A DNA stretch of 63,731 nucleotides, the filler included, from Choristocarpus tenellus KU-1152 (taxonomy: Eukaryota; Protista; Phaeophyceae), in the NCBI GenBank assembly GCA_964200185.2. It is 10 parts of 10 records of this genome, joined end to end, with 100 filler letters (N's around TTAATTAATTAA, not from the genome) between each part and the next. Parts side by side here need not be neighbours in the genome. Positions count along the whole stretch, not along the records: positions 47,403 to 56,662 come from CAXNAD020003833.1; positions 56,763 to 59,734 come from CAXNAD020023248.1; positions 59,835 to 63,731 come from CAXNAD020017280.1; 7 more parts are not named here. The stretch is one strand, 5' to 3'. The position numbers and the translations under genes are program-made. The notes beneath the pieces are model-generated. The model was given only the letters and a program-made list of their open reading frames with translations, was not told where the DNA came from and did not search any database. Below, piece after piece: positions 52,020 to 63,731 of this stretch (its first letter is position 1; each line of letters starts with the position of its first letter).

Positions 52020-53856
52020 ATGGTTAGTCATCAGAGGCACCATACAAAGTCTCGTTTGGCTTGTCGTTGCAAGATCGACACCGCCATCATTACGTTGTTC
52101 GTGATCACACAAACAATTTTTATGGGTTGCAATTCCTTCCTTTTTCCTTGTCCGGGAATGGATAACACTGTGAGGAAGACGTGCTTCCGCACAGTAGCAG
52201 GGCCTACAAAGGACAGGGTCTATCTTCTCAAAGCGGCAGATGAGGCGGACAGGGCAGGTACAGGGCCAGGGGAAAGGGGCGGCTACTATAGGAAACCTAA
52301 GGGAAATAACCTGAGGAGAGATGAGTTTGGAATGCCCGTGGAGAAAGTCTACGCTCCTAGGCCTTCGCATTAGTGAGTCAACTCCTCACTGTTGAGAGGG
52401 ACCGTGAGGTAATGCGGGCTAGACGTAGTAAACAACTATCTGTTGCTGGGGCACGATATGCTCAAGGTTTGTTAGTTGTGTTCCTATGCAATATCGGAAG
52501 AAGAGATGGAAGGTGACAGAAGTACGGGTCTCCCTTGCAACTAGTTTCGCACTTCTCGTCTGCATGCGATCCCATTCCTATCTTGTCGTTCTACCTCTCA
52601 AGCACGGAGCCCGAAAGAAGAGCGGTCCGTTTATGGTAACTCAAAAGAGACATCAACCCCTTCCTCTCACATTATTAACTTTCGCCCTTACCCTCATTCT
52701 CATTGGCTCTGCGAAGCCCAATTCCCAAGAAAGGGGGAACGGGCGGTTCCAAGAGGATCCGACCTCAAGGTGAGAAACGAGAAGCTTCCGCCAATAATCC
52801 ATCGAAACTGAGAGTGGCTGGGGGATCAGCAAGGGGAAGGAAACTGGAATCTCCTGATGTGTTCCTTCGCCCAATGATGGGCAAGGTGTGTGCGAGTAAC
52901 CCTTTTGTAGGCTGGGTGCCGCCTGGTTTGTGAGGTGGTGGGACTGGTAGAGAGACATGCTGGGGAGGCGAAGGGGGTTGCCTAGAAAAACATGGTTGAC
53001 TGCAAGGACAAGATAACTAGATTTTGGTATCCGATGGTGATAAAGAGTAGGGGTTGATGTTGGGTTCAGGGGAGGTTTATTGTTGTGGTATTTGTGGGTC
53101 ATGTCTTTTGTGTTGTTCAAGTACTTTTCGATGGGATTCAGTGCTGTCAATCTGACAAGAACAAGTCATTTTTTGCTTTGGCCTGGCTATGGTATCATGT
53201 GCTGACTGTGCCCTGTTAGGTTACCCTGCATATCAATTCTATGTTGGAAGTGGTGATGAAAACTACCCTGGGGATCAATGCATATCCAGTCACAGAAATC
53301 ATGCATTGCAGAGTAGCTCAAGATCACCCTGCCTCAAGGCCCCATCCCCGCCTGGTATTGCCACCTGCTATATCCATTGATGTCTATGTTGATCAGTAGT
53401 GTTCATCTTCAAGTTAACTTTCGATCTGGGATTTATGGGCGCTGTAACCTACTTGTGGCATATTCATTTTGAGCTCTCTAGAGGGCTCTTTCTGCCAATA
53501 GTATGTCAGCAGATAATCTTCTGCAGCTATACCCTCTTAAGGGGGGTAAATTGTTTCAAGCACAGACATAAGTTTACATATATAGAACAAGGTTTTGGAA
53601 GGGCTTCAGAGTCAAGGGGGCCGACTTTTACCCCCCACTTAGAAGATGGTTTCACTCAGATTGCAGTTACGTAATACATGTTTACATGGGATGTGGGGGC
53701 CTGACAATGTCCAAAAAAGAATGGGCAAGTATGTCTCGTGTTTTTGTAGCTGTTGATATACCTCAAGTTGTCGAAGTAGGTGTTGAGGTACAGGTTCCAA
53801 GATCACATACTCTTTTCTTTTTCATAAACTAACCCTTAAGGGTTAGGGTTAGGGTC

Positions 53857-53902
<46 letters not shown>

Positions 53903-56227
53903 ATCATTGCCTTTGATGCACGCCTTCCCCATTATTCCTAGGAAGGCTTTTTTCATGCCGTTTTTGATCCATGTTGGCGTCGAAACTGTGCTTTGGGCAG
54001 ACTGTTGTACCTGACCCGTCAGATGCTGTGATTCGTAGTGATGGAATTGAACGCCCTTTCCGGGTCCATCCCTCTCAGAACGCTAATAGAATTGTAACAC
54101 ACGCCAACATGTGCAGCAAGACCTCACAGATATCTTGAAGCTGCAGAGCTCCGTCGCTGCTGAACTCTGCCTGCACCTCCTGCATGCGATCGCACAGTAA
54201 CTAATGAGTCGAAGTATCTTAGAGGGTAGAGCCGTGTCCATTTGGGGACCACAATCCAAGTAGTGATTTCGATGTAATTTTGGCTATCGTGTTTGTTAGG
54301 AAGTGTCAATATCCTTGTTTCGGACATACTTTTTTTTGTAACGTATACATTTTACATTAACCCTAAACATTTTGGGGAAGTAGGAAAATGTCATTAAAAA
54401 AAACCCCATGGGAAGGCAAGCCCCAAGTGGACAAACAGGGCAAAACTCGCACCCTCTAAGATACTTTCGCTCACTCCAAACTTGACCAGGCGTTCTCATT
54501 CTGAGAACGCCTGCTGACCTTGAGCTATGAAAACTGTCTACCCTCAACGTCAACCTTCACCCCCTTAACCTGACTTTCAACCGCTGGTTTTGTGTTGGCA
54601 TCTGACTGTATGCCTCCTTGGGAGATGAAGAACCAAAATTTTCCATAGGGGTTAGCCGCTTACAGGTTAAAAAAAATAATACTTGGACAACCTGGCGTGC
54701 TTTTGGTGTTAGGGTTAGGGTACACTTGTATCTGCGGCCACATGATGGCAACTCATTTTGCCACCTTCCCACCCACCCTCTTTCTGTGCCTCATTTTTCT
54801 GATCTATCAAATGAGTTGTCAGGTGAAGGAGGCGTTGTTCAGCACTCTCACCGGCTTCGGTGTGTTCGAGGACGAAAAGTGTCGGGTGAGGAAAAAAATA
54901 ATAAAAGAAGTTGTGGAGAGAGGCGAATGAAAAATCCTTTGATGCCGTAACCTTGAATGTAACTGTGAATGTAACTGTGTTGTGAATGTAGTGATCGATG
55001 TCTTTTGCAAGAGAGTGTTCCCACCGCCACGATCCTAACAAAGTTTTCCACAAGTCACTGCCATGTCCCATCAGGTCACCGGTATACATAGGAAAGAACC
55101 GCGCTGTGATTTTTCGGTCCATTTGTGACAACGCCTTTGCCGTGTTGCCGAAGAGGCACCAGAATTGTGACAACGCCTCCCCTTCTTTTGGCTGTCTCTC
55201 TGATGTTGTCGTGGCAAGGCAAAAAGGCCTAGTCTAGTGCTCGAAGGAGCCGAGCGGTCTCTAAGGACAGGGGTGTGTGCGAACTTCGTCTGTCTGAACC
55301 GCAGTCTGAACCGCAGTCTGAACCGCAGTCTGAACCGCAGTCTGAACCGCAGTCTGAACCGCAGTCTGAACCGCAGTCTGTACCGCAGTCCTCTTCATCC
55401 CTCCGAAGACTTTTTGTCCTGTACTGGAGCTGCACACCACCACACTGTACCTTATTATTATTATTATTATTATTATTATTGTTATTGTTATTGTTATTGT
55501 TATTGTTATTGTTATTGATTTTTAATTCCAATGGTAGCAGTGAGTGTTTCGTGTGATGGTGTCGAGTGTTTGTTTTTTTGTTATATATATATATATATAA
55601 ATTTTATGATTTTTTTGTCTGTGTGATTTCAGTTGCGGTATTTTTGATTCGATTTCAGGTGTTATACGATTATCGATTTTTTTCTGTTTTTTTTTGGGAT
55701 ATACTTTTTTTTCTTCTTCTTCTTGGGTGTTTAACTCACAAGAGGTTAAATATACTATTTACCTCACAAAAAGTTAAATGCGGACACGAGAGGGTGACAG
55801 ACAAGGCCCATAGGTAGTTTGTCCAGCAGCGTGGCATGGGAGATTTCTTACAAAGCTACCCCTTCAATTTTATTGAGACATATTATTTATACTTTTAAAA
55901 TTTATTTCTTAAGATATTATTCTCGGAATGTTCCTGGTGAGATTGGGCTTCTAGGAGTACGGGAAGGCTCTATTGCATGATAATAATAATAATAATAATA
56001 ATGATATTGTAATAAGATACACAATGCGCATATAATACCTAACTTGGCCTGCTCTTGAAAACAAGCATGAAAGTACAAGCTACCGCTCTCCTCACCCCCC
56101 TGCCCCCTGTTCCTGTCCACTGTAGTTCCTAGACCTGTTCTCTGGCTCGGGATCGGTGGGGATAGAAGCCCTCTCTAGGGGGGCAAGACATGCCACCTTT
56201 GTGGATTTGTCACAGGACTGCTGTGAG
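52020..56227 (+). CDS. rsmD: Plastid-targeted RsmD-like rRNA (guanine-N2) methyltransferase, first four exons
   Basis: Exons 52020-52372, 52717-52885, 54823-54885 and 56126-56227, phases consistent. Product: LRVAGGSARGRKLESPDVFLRPMMGKVKEALFSTL...FLDLFSGSGSVGIEALSRGARHATFVD. The hydrophobic leader ends GCNS-F. Confidence 0.92.
53839..53900. repeat. Short TTAGGG-like tract followed by a (GA)n microsatellite
   Basis: AGGGTTAGGGTTAGGGTCAGGG, then about 20 AG units. Confidence 0.9.
54206..54472. mobile_element. MITE family A, intronic
   Basis: TIRs GAGTCGAAGTATCTTAGAGGGTA / CACCCTCTAAGATACTTTCGCTC. No clear TSD. Confidence 0.85.
55292..55390. repeat. 12-bp minisatellite (GTCTGAACCGCA) x8
   Basis: Seven perfect units plus one with a single substitution, no spacers, intronic. 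Confidence 0.97.
55452..55517. repeat. Compound microsatellite (TTA)n(TTGTTA)n
   Basis: Seen directly in the sequence. Confidence 0.95.
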
Positions 56228-56248
56228 GTGTGGAAAAAAGGAAGGCGT

Positions 56249-56279
<31 letters not shown>

Positions 56280-56590
56280 TTGTTTTGGCCATGGTAATGG
56301 ATTTAGTTTATTTTTTTGCTGTATGGAAAGTGTCAGACGTGTGTCTTGTGTCCTTTCCTATGGTTGGTTGCTGCTTTCAATTGAGAGGGCAGAAGGGGTT
56401 TTTGCTTTTTGCGATTAATCTGATTGGTCAAACATGTCTCAAAGTACGAAGTTACACTATTCTGCAGTTACACAAGACCTATTTTACAGTTACACTATCG
56501 CTGTTCCGCAGCTGTAACTGTAGGGAACAATTTCGACCCTTTTGGAAAAATATTATAATGAATATTACTGCAACACAAATCTCATGCGCA

Positions 56591-56626
<36 letters not shown>

Positions 56627-59600
56627 ACCCCCCCCCCCCCCCCACCCCACCCGCCCCCCCACNNNNNNNNNNNNNNNNNNNNNNNNNNNNNNNNNNNNNN
56701 NNNNNNTTAATTAATTAANNNNNNNNNNNNNNNNNNNNNNNNNNNNNNNNNNNNNNNNNNNNCTTATGCCCTAAGGCCCCTATCACCCCGTCTCTCTCTA
56801 TATCCTTATGGAGTGATGTTGAAGGGTGACAATAGGTCGAAGCTCTCTCGAGCACAGTCACCCGTTCTTGTAAGTGTTCCAGGGCATTCTCCAACCCTGT
56901 GGTAGAGAGTGTAACATCTAATAGATTCATATATTCAGATCTCTCTTTGGAGGTCTAAGTATATGAGGTTATTTAGTCCTTCAGGGCGTTTCTGTGTCGA
57001 GCCTGATGGCTTTCAAATAGGCTCGCCTAGGAAATGTTGAGCAAGCCGATGTCGAGACTAGTATAATGAGGGAGGGATGAGTAAGTAAAACTTGAAACGA
57101 TTATGAATAATATCAATGACATAGAGTGACTAATATTTCGTTTTTCTAAATGTACTACTTCAAACTAAGTATTATCTAGTATAAGAGTACTATGATATTA
57201 TGTTCTTGTTTTGTCATCTTCCTTAAACTTGATTTGGAACACATACTACTACATCGCTTGTAGTCTTAATACATATATATATATATATATTTGATAAGAT
57301 CTGCTGGTTGTGATCAGATTCTGTTTGAAACTGAGGGACGATTTTTGATTGGTTATTTTTCGCATGATTGTATGTTGGTTGTATTGTCCAAGACCTGAGT
57401 AATTTGCTTGCTACCATTCTTGTGACTGGGTTTATGTTTTGAATGATCAAGTGCATAATAAAATTCTACCGAGTTTAACTTACGCTCATAAATGCTTTCG
57501 ATTTCATAGCACTAATCCCAGCATATTTAATTTCACCGGGAAAAGTGAACTGTCAGAGCTTCAACTGGGCTGGACCAGGTCTGTCCACAAAAAAAATCTA
57601 CAGTCCGGCTGGCCCAGTGAAAGGCACTGGTGTCTTTCCCTCACAAGGCAAAGGCTGGGAGCTTTCTAGGCTACTAACCTATTAAAATACTAACCAAATT
57701 TTAATATATATATTTGATAAGGTCTGCTGGTAGTCTTTCTATATATATGACTCTCCCCCTCTGATTTGATTTTCTATGTGTCGCAAGGCTTTATTACGCT
57801 TAGTTTTTTTTTGCTGCCTGTCCACCCATTTAATTATTTTTTTGTGCCAAGACTTTGGTGTGCTTCTGTTCATTGGTTACTAGTTATGTGAAAGCTTGAA
57901 TGGTCCGTCAAGTTAGTTGGGGACCTTGACCTGCAGCACTAGGTATATCCCCATCCATTAATGTACCAAAGGCTTGTTACATTGATTTTGAGAATTAGAC
58001 AAGCCAAGAGTGGGACTGTCGGGTCTTTGGATTTGAACGTTGTAGATGTGGTGGCAAAGCATCTTACTGCTAGTCTAGTAGTGATGAGAATGGGAGGGTG
58101 AGAAGGTGCCAAGTCAAACAACCTCCTTCATTTTGAGGATGTAGGTTTCTTTTTTCATCATGTCCCCCACCCCCTTAATCTCTGCTTCTCTCTACTGTGC
58201 AAAGATGGGAGTGTGAACTTTGCCCTTTTTAGCAGTTCAGTGGTTTTGTTTTCAATTTGAATACTTAGGTCTGACAATTGTCGTAGAGTAGGGTAGAGCA
58301 TTGTACAATTGAAAGTCCAAGCTGTTTGCAAACACATCCAGGGAGCGTAAGGTGATACATATTGTTTTGTGTACTTCACCCCTTTTGACTTTCTGTTTCA
58401 CGAGGGCATATAATATGCACGTTTGCAATGTTTTTGCAGGATGTGGTACATGTAGATGAGTCAGCCTATTCGCAGCATCGTCTCGTGGGCGTAAGAATGT
58501 GGATGAGAGATGACTGCGGCTGCGGCCACTTCACATTACTGTCTATCTGTAGTTCCCTGGAGTGTGTTTATGCACACCAGGAATTTGCAGCGCAGAATTC
58601 TTTGTAGTCTGGATTTTTGTAACTGTGTCAAATCCTTCTGTTCCCAATCTCTTCAAATATGATTACAGTCCCGAAGTTGGTGAGATTGCCCGAAGAAGTA
58701 AATGGTATTGTGTATATACGTGTTCCCCACTCCCTTGAAGATTGTCCATTGCTGGCTTGTTTGGTAGTAGAAAATGTACCTGCTCTATGTCTAGCCAAAG
58801 TAAACAAGAGGTATGCACAATTTTGATGGTTTTGCACTGTAACTCAATTTTTCAATTATTTGCAATTAAATCTATTTCAATGGATCAAGTTGCTAAGTTT
58901 GATTTGAGACGATTCCATTCTCAATTATAGATACTTTTCAACAAAATTGGGGAAACAACCTATATGAGAAATTTGCACTTATTTGACGGCATCTTTAAAA
59001 TCCAACTATGTGTAGGGTACCTCTCATCTACTTTGACTTGTTGCTGTTGTTCTCTGTCACATCGCTGCAAGTACTTTGTTGGCTGCATACAGTTGGGTGG
59101 CCAACTCTTCTTCACACTGCACCATATGTATTGACATGTCAAAGGAGGGTACAAAAGGAATTAGCATTGTTTGTATAATAATAAACAAATACTGATCATT
59201 TGAGCCATTAGCGTCTATATTGTTTAAAGGTTGTCACTTTTCTTAAACAAAGGAAAAGTATGAGCATTAATTACAATTGAGTCCTCTTCGAGCATTGAGC
59301 AGCACTGGGATAAGAATAAAGATGAAAATGCAGAAACTATGCTTGAGGTCTGTCAGAATACTGCAATCAAAAACCAATTTAGGTATCATAAACAGAGCAC
59401 ATTCCAACCATTCCCAACTCCCACCTTCCCTACCTCTGTATCCCCCATTTGTGCATAGGCTGCTGGATGGCTTGGGTAGTGCTTGGTTTCCGTCGGGGGG
59501 AACCAGTCGCAAGAAGTAGTCCTCTCACACACCTCTCTTCCATTCAAAGGACTGAATTTGACACAGATGAACCCGGAAAGGAAGCAGTGGACTCTTCCTT

Positions 59601-60167
59601 GAGGAACATCCCTCTTGAATCAGGAAACCCTGCTGCCCCTTTCACCTTCTACCTTAAAAAAATACCCACAATGACCCCACTCCCTCCTTTCTCATTCAAG
59701 GACTGCATTTCACCTCACCCACCACCTCTTCTCCNNNNNNNNNNNNNNNNNNNNNNNNNNNNNNNNNNNNNNNNNNNNTTAATTAATTAANNNNNNNNNN
59801 NNNNNNNNNNNNNNNNNNNNNNNNNNNNNNNNNNGGCTTAGTCGAGATCGCTTCCAAATCGTATTTATGCCCTCTACGAAAAGTACCGTAATATTTGAAC
59901 AAAAACATATGCAGACCCTTAAAAGGTGCCGAAAACAGGGTCATAAAAGGGGCCCTTCCAAGTGCAAATACAGTCGCATAAAAAAACCTTTCGGTACTTT
60001 TTTAAGACCGTTTTCGCAAAACAACCATCCTCGTAGTCCCGCTCCATCCCCAATTTTGAAAATCCTCTGTTAACTGTTACGTTCTTAGGGATTTTTCTGA
60101 CGTGAATAGTTTTCATTGTTTTTTCCTGTCCGTATAGTGTTGGGAGTCACCTCTAGGATCAGACCTG

Positions 60168-60469
60168 TCTTGATTTTTTTTTAAAGGTTGCACAACGAGT
60201 TTAACAACGATCAGCATATCGAGTGAAGAACTCTTGATCGAAACTATCGATATCCGGAAAGGAATTCTTTCGGAAATTATTTTGGTAAGGTTCAATTTTA
60301 ACCGATTGTTTTCGGGACAACCTTGAAAATGTTCCGAAATGAATTATCACAACCAATATATTTTTCCGAAAGAACTCCTTTCCGGAAATCGATAGTTTCG
60401 ATCAAGAGTTTTTTATTCGATATGCTGATCATTGTTATTGTTGGGCAACCTTTTCAAAAAAAATCAAGA
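60168..60469. repeat. Long inverted repeat / foldback element (~118-bp arms, ~65-bp loop)
   Basis: 60168-60286 is the near reverse complement of 60352-60469, e.g. CTCTTGATCGAAACTATCGAT / ATCGATAGTTTCGATCAAGAG. Confidence 0.9.
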
Positions 60470-60544
60470 TTATGTCACCACCAAAACAGTAGTACGTGGG
60501 CTAACCTCGGCTTAATACTGTTTAAGTCACTTATAGGACACGAT

Positions 60545-61144
60545 TCTGGTTGAGCGTCTTGGAGGACATAGTGAAAGTATCTTAGAGGGTATGAGTTTTG
60601 CCCCGTTTGGACAAGTCCATTTGAGGCTTGGCTTCCCATGGATTTTTTTATGACATTTTCCTACTCCAAAATGTTTCTGAGTAGGTAAATTGTACACGTT
60701 ATAAAAAGGTGTGTCTGGAACACGGATATTGACACTTCCTATCAAACACGATTGCCAAAATTACATCAAAATCGCAACATTGGATTTTGGTCGCCAAAAG
60801 GACACGGTTCTACCCTCAAAGATACTTTGGCTTACACTGCTTGATGCTTCCAAAGTACCACTGTGAATCGAACCCGATAGAGATGGTCTGGGGGCGGGCA
60901 AAGCGCTATGTACGAGGTCATTGTGACTACACGTTGCCTGGAATGAGAGCCAACATTCCTTCAGTCTTAAGGAGGAGGGCGAGCTGTCCAGAGCAATTGT
61001 AGAGAGGTTCTTCAGGTTGAGTATTGCTTACCACCTGATATATTCCAATGAGAAAGGCATGGAGTGCACCAAATTGGACAGGACGGGGTATACAAGACAT
61101 TTAAGTCTCACAAGAGGCCTGCACCTTCAGAATACCTCATTTGA
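60545..61144 (+). mobile_element. Tc1/IS630-like (DDE_3-type) transposase C-terminal fragment interrupted by a MITE
   Basis: LVERLGGH | MITE | CLMLPKYHCESNPIEMVWGRAKRYVRGHCDYT...FKSHKRP. The PK.HCE.NPIE..W motif carries the catalytic E. Confidence 0.75.
60569..60833. mobile_element. MITE family A
   Basis: TIRs AGTGAAAGTATCTTAGAGGGTA / TACCCTCAAAGATACTTTGGCT. Confidence 0.85.
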
Positions 61145-61849
61145 CTTGGCATGGATTGTCTGGTTCAGAGGCTTGGTCCCATAGTGAGCCTTAGTCAGCA
61201 GGTGACAACATCGCATAAACGGGAAATAATGGAAAGAGAATAGAGAGACAACAACGCCCATGTGCTCGTGGTGAGGATAAGCTCTTCAGGTGTCAAAATC
61301 ATCCTTCATAATCTTTCACTTGAATAAGCGCAGAGGTTGTGAGGGAGCCTATGATACCATACAGATGGTGGGACGGTGAAACTTGGACTCTATTGTAGTG
61401 TATAGTAGAGTCGGATGAAATTCTAAATGGGAAAAGGGTCACCAACCCACCACGGAAGACAACAACAGGCCGTGGAGACAGGTAAGTTCATCGTCTGTAT
61501 TCCTACTTGGTGTGCTAATGCCCAATTCCTGCAGTGTAAAGAAACTTCAGGATTGTGAAAAAAGGAAAGACTGGACGAATCTGTCTGGCTGTATTGTGGA
61601 AGTATATGGGAATTCGGAACAATAGCATATGGGCACGAGACAGTTAGTTGGAGATTCGATGGGAACAATGAACAATTAATTCACTGCTGCTATTACTCAA
61701 TTGCCAGGGCTGTAGGTGACCCAACCTGGGCAAACTAATCATGCTTTTAGGTAGGGTCCCATGAATGATCAAGTATTGTTCCGCTGGTGTTACCACTTCA
61801 GATTCTTAGACAATATTAGCCTATGATGCAGTTATGAAGTGAGGAGATA

Positions 61850-63670
61850 TTATACTGCCATCTAGCGATGTGAGCAATGACAACACTAACCCTCGATTTA
61901 CTTTTTGGTGACGGAGTGTGGTCAGAATGTAACGACAACCCAGGAATTGGTCAACTTGTTGTATTCGTCAAGACACCCGAAGGTCGAAGGTTTCTACCTC
62001 AAAGGTGATGAAGGGATTCTCTCCAATCCAACTTGGAGTGGTAGCATAGTCATACGTACACATTGGTGGCAACGACAATCAGTGTGGTTGGTTACAGCAG
62101 TATATGTGGAAAGCATGTTTGCTTGTTACAATACCGTTATTGCCGTATGCCATATACCGTTACACCGTGGTACCAATTGAGGTTCCCAGTCAAGAGTCCA
62201 TGATTTCCCAGACAGACTTTCTGTCAGAATCAAACCATGGAATCTCTTCATGTGACCAATCCCATAGACTTGGGACAGCTCGTCATTCAGAGTTGTCACA
62301 CATGGAAGATCCACTTTATTCTCACGTCTTGACTAATGATGAAGCCCCATCTCGATGATGCTCATCACTCCTCAATTTGCGCTTGTCCAACCTTAAACCT
62401 CATACCCTCGGTTACGGTTCGTCCTTGTTCGTCTGGTCCATCTTGCCCGGTGATTCTCTTCACCACCCTTGCCTGAGTGAACCACGCCACCACAGAATCA
62501 CACGATTCACATTAGTGACACTGGTGTCCTCAGAAATAGGGTGACGGGAAATTTCTGTTTGACCACGGACGAAAGATGCCCGACTCAAGATCGAAGCAAA
62601 AACGTCGTGTACAGGAGTGCATAACTCCAAATCTGGAACTATCCGGAACACCAGGAGAGGAGGTCCAAGATCGTCAGGCCCATGCCAGACCCGTGTTATC
62701 AACCCTTGAGCATCGTGTTAGCTCGGGCGACCATGACACTCGTTGGGTCCTGCTTCGGGAAGAATCGGTCCCGCCTCCAAGTTCTACTACTTGTGAAGTG
62801 GCTATTTCGCAGGCCAAGTTCGGTGATGCTGTAACAGTGTTAATCGCGCACCACATCAACGAGTGCACAAGAACAAACACCGTTCCGCCTGAATGGCTTC
62901 AGGACCTGATGAAACTCCAAGTTCGGAGAACGGGCACCGATCATGTAAGATCCGTTGAGCGGAGTAGCAATGTCGCACACCCACAACCACTGTCATAAGG
63001 GAGTCGTTTAAGGTGTTCCGCTTCGGAAACACCATCGGGTCTGACAATTACGGGTTCTAGAGAAGAAGATTTGCCACTCCTGTTCTCTAAATGGCATGTG
63101 GAATTTACTTGAATTCTAGTCAGTATGGTCCAGCATCCCCTGAAACAGTTGATGCTCAGTGGGTAGAATTATTACCAAAGTATTCTTCGTCCATATTGAT
63201 GCTAGTGAGAGTGGTGCTGGAGGTTTTTTAGCACAAGCTCGATCCGATAATCCTGTAGAGACCTAGGTATCATTGCATACTTCATCAGCAAGAAATTTAA
63301 TGAACCTGAACGTCACTATTCAGTTACATTAAAAGAATGCTATGCATTCGTTACAGCTATCACTTATTGGCGACCGTATTTTTGGGGTAGACACTTTACC
63401 GGCATCACAGATCATGCCGTATTATGTTACTTTTATAGAATGTAGGATACCAGTAACATGCTTACTCGTTGGGCTATTTCTCTTCAAGCTTATGATTTCA
63501 CAGTCAAACACAAGCTCAGTAAGCTCAATGTTATAACTGATACTCTATCGCGTATTTTCAAGTTTGAGGAACAGGAGAAATCCGTTGCTCCAATGCTGGC
63601 ACCTATCTGTCGAAATGTGCCTGAAGTTAGTCGTGCATTTACCACACGTGTTCAAAAGGAATATGAGTTA
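61850..63670 (+). mobile_element. Degenerate Ty3/Gypsy pol (RNase H clear; RT core apparently deleted)
   Basis: About 63190-63560 reads DASESGAGGFLAQ...IAYF.KKF...ERHYSVTLKEC...YWRPYFWGRHF..ITDH...LTRWAISLQAYDFTVKHK...NVITDTLSR. The 5' boundary is approximate. Confidence 0.85.
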
Positions 63671-63673
63671 TCT

Positions 63674-63731
63674 GAGTGAAACTATCTTAGAGGGTACGAA
63701 TTTTTCCCTGTTTGTCCATTTGTGGGGCTTG
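63674..63731. mobile_element. MITE family A, partial (window end)
   Basis: Begins GAGTGAAACTATCTTAGAGGGTACGA, matching the copy at 13365. Confidence 0.8.

Noticed and set aside
52950-53750. LINE RT remnant in RsmD intron 2 (similar hints at 15550-15800 and 57900-59150)
   Set aside because: Only faint motif traces, too decayed to support a call without a search.
55292-55390. CRISPR array or repeat-protein ORFs (SEPQ, SDCG, TAVQ, poly-N/L/Y)
   Set aside because: These are head-to-tail 12-mers without spacers, with no cas genes, inside an intron. The ORFs are by-products of the repeats.
56592-56662. Poly-C/G tracts as proline-rich coding sequence or G-quadruplex elements
   Set aside because: They lie at contig ends where homopolymer length is unreliable, and they are intronic or intergenic.
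57278-57735. Direct repeat ATATATATTTGATAAG(A/G)TCTGCTGG at ~57283 and ~57706 as LTRs
   Set aside because: Only ~26 bp and partly low complexity, with no TG...CA ends, PBS or PPT.
1-63731. Prokaryote-type defence system, operon, rRNA/tRNA or giant-virus core genes
   Set aside because: None was recognised. All identifiable genes are spliced eukaryotic genes or transposon remnants.

Overview
This is intron-rich eukaryotic nuclear DNA, most likely from a brown alga or a close photosynthetic stramenopile. That inference rests on an EsV-1-7-type Cys/His motif, bipartite plastid-targeting leaders and GT-AG introns. The window is ten sequence blocks joined by artificial 100-nt spacers (N44-TTAATTAATTAA-N44), so order across spacers is not established. 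Spliced genes reconstructed by hand from splice sites and phase are: a complete 5-exon COPI-associated/TVP15-like membrane protein, the 3' end of a CTDSPL2-like NIF phosphatase, a multi-domain NDP kinase, a large low-complexity EsV-1-7-motif protein, an ArfGAP, a plastid SET-domain protein, a BK-like K+ channel head-to-head with a plastid RsmD-like methyltransferase, and two orphan genes. Much of the remainder is decayed transposon sequence (Copia, Gypsy, RTE and CRE-like LINEs, pogo, Tc1/IS630-like) plus many copies of a MITE group that shows 4-bp TSDs in some copies. I found no CRISPR array, rRNA, tRNA or prokaryote-type system, and I cannot claim a proven new system. The best leads are a phase-consistent chain of candidate micro-exons with ~40-nt introns (1058-3153), a CpG-decay signature implying 5mC methylation, and Sola-like MITEs sharing one TIR.
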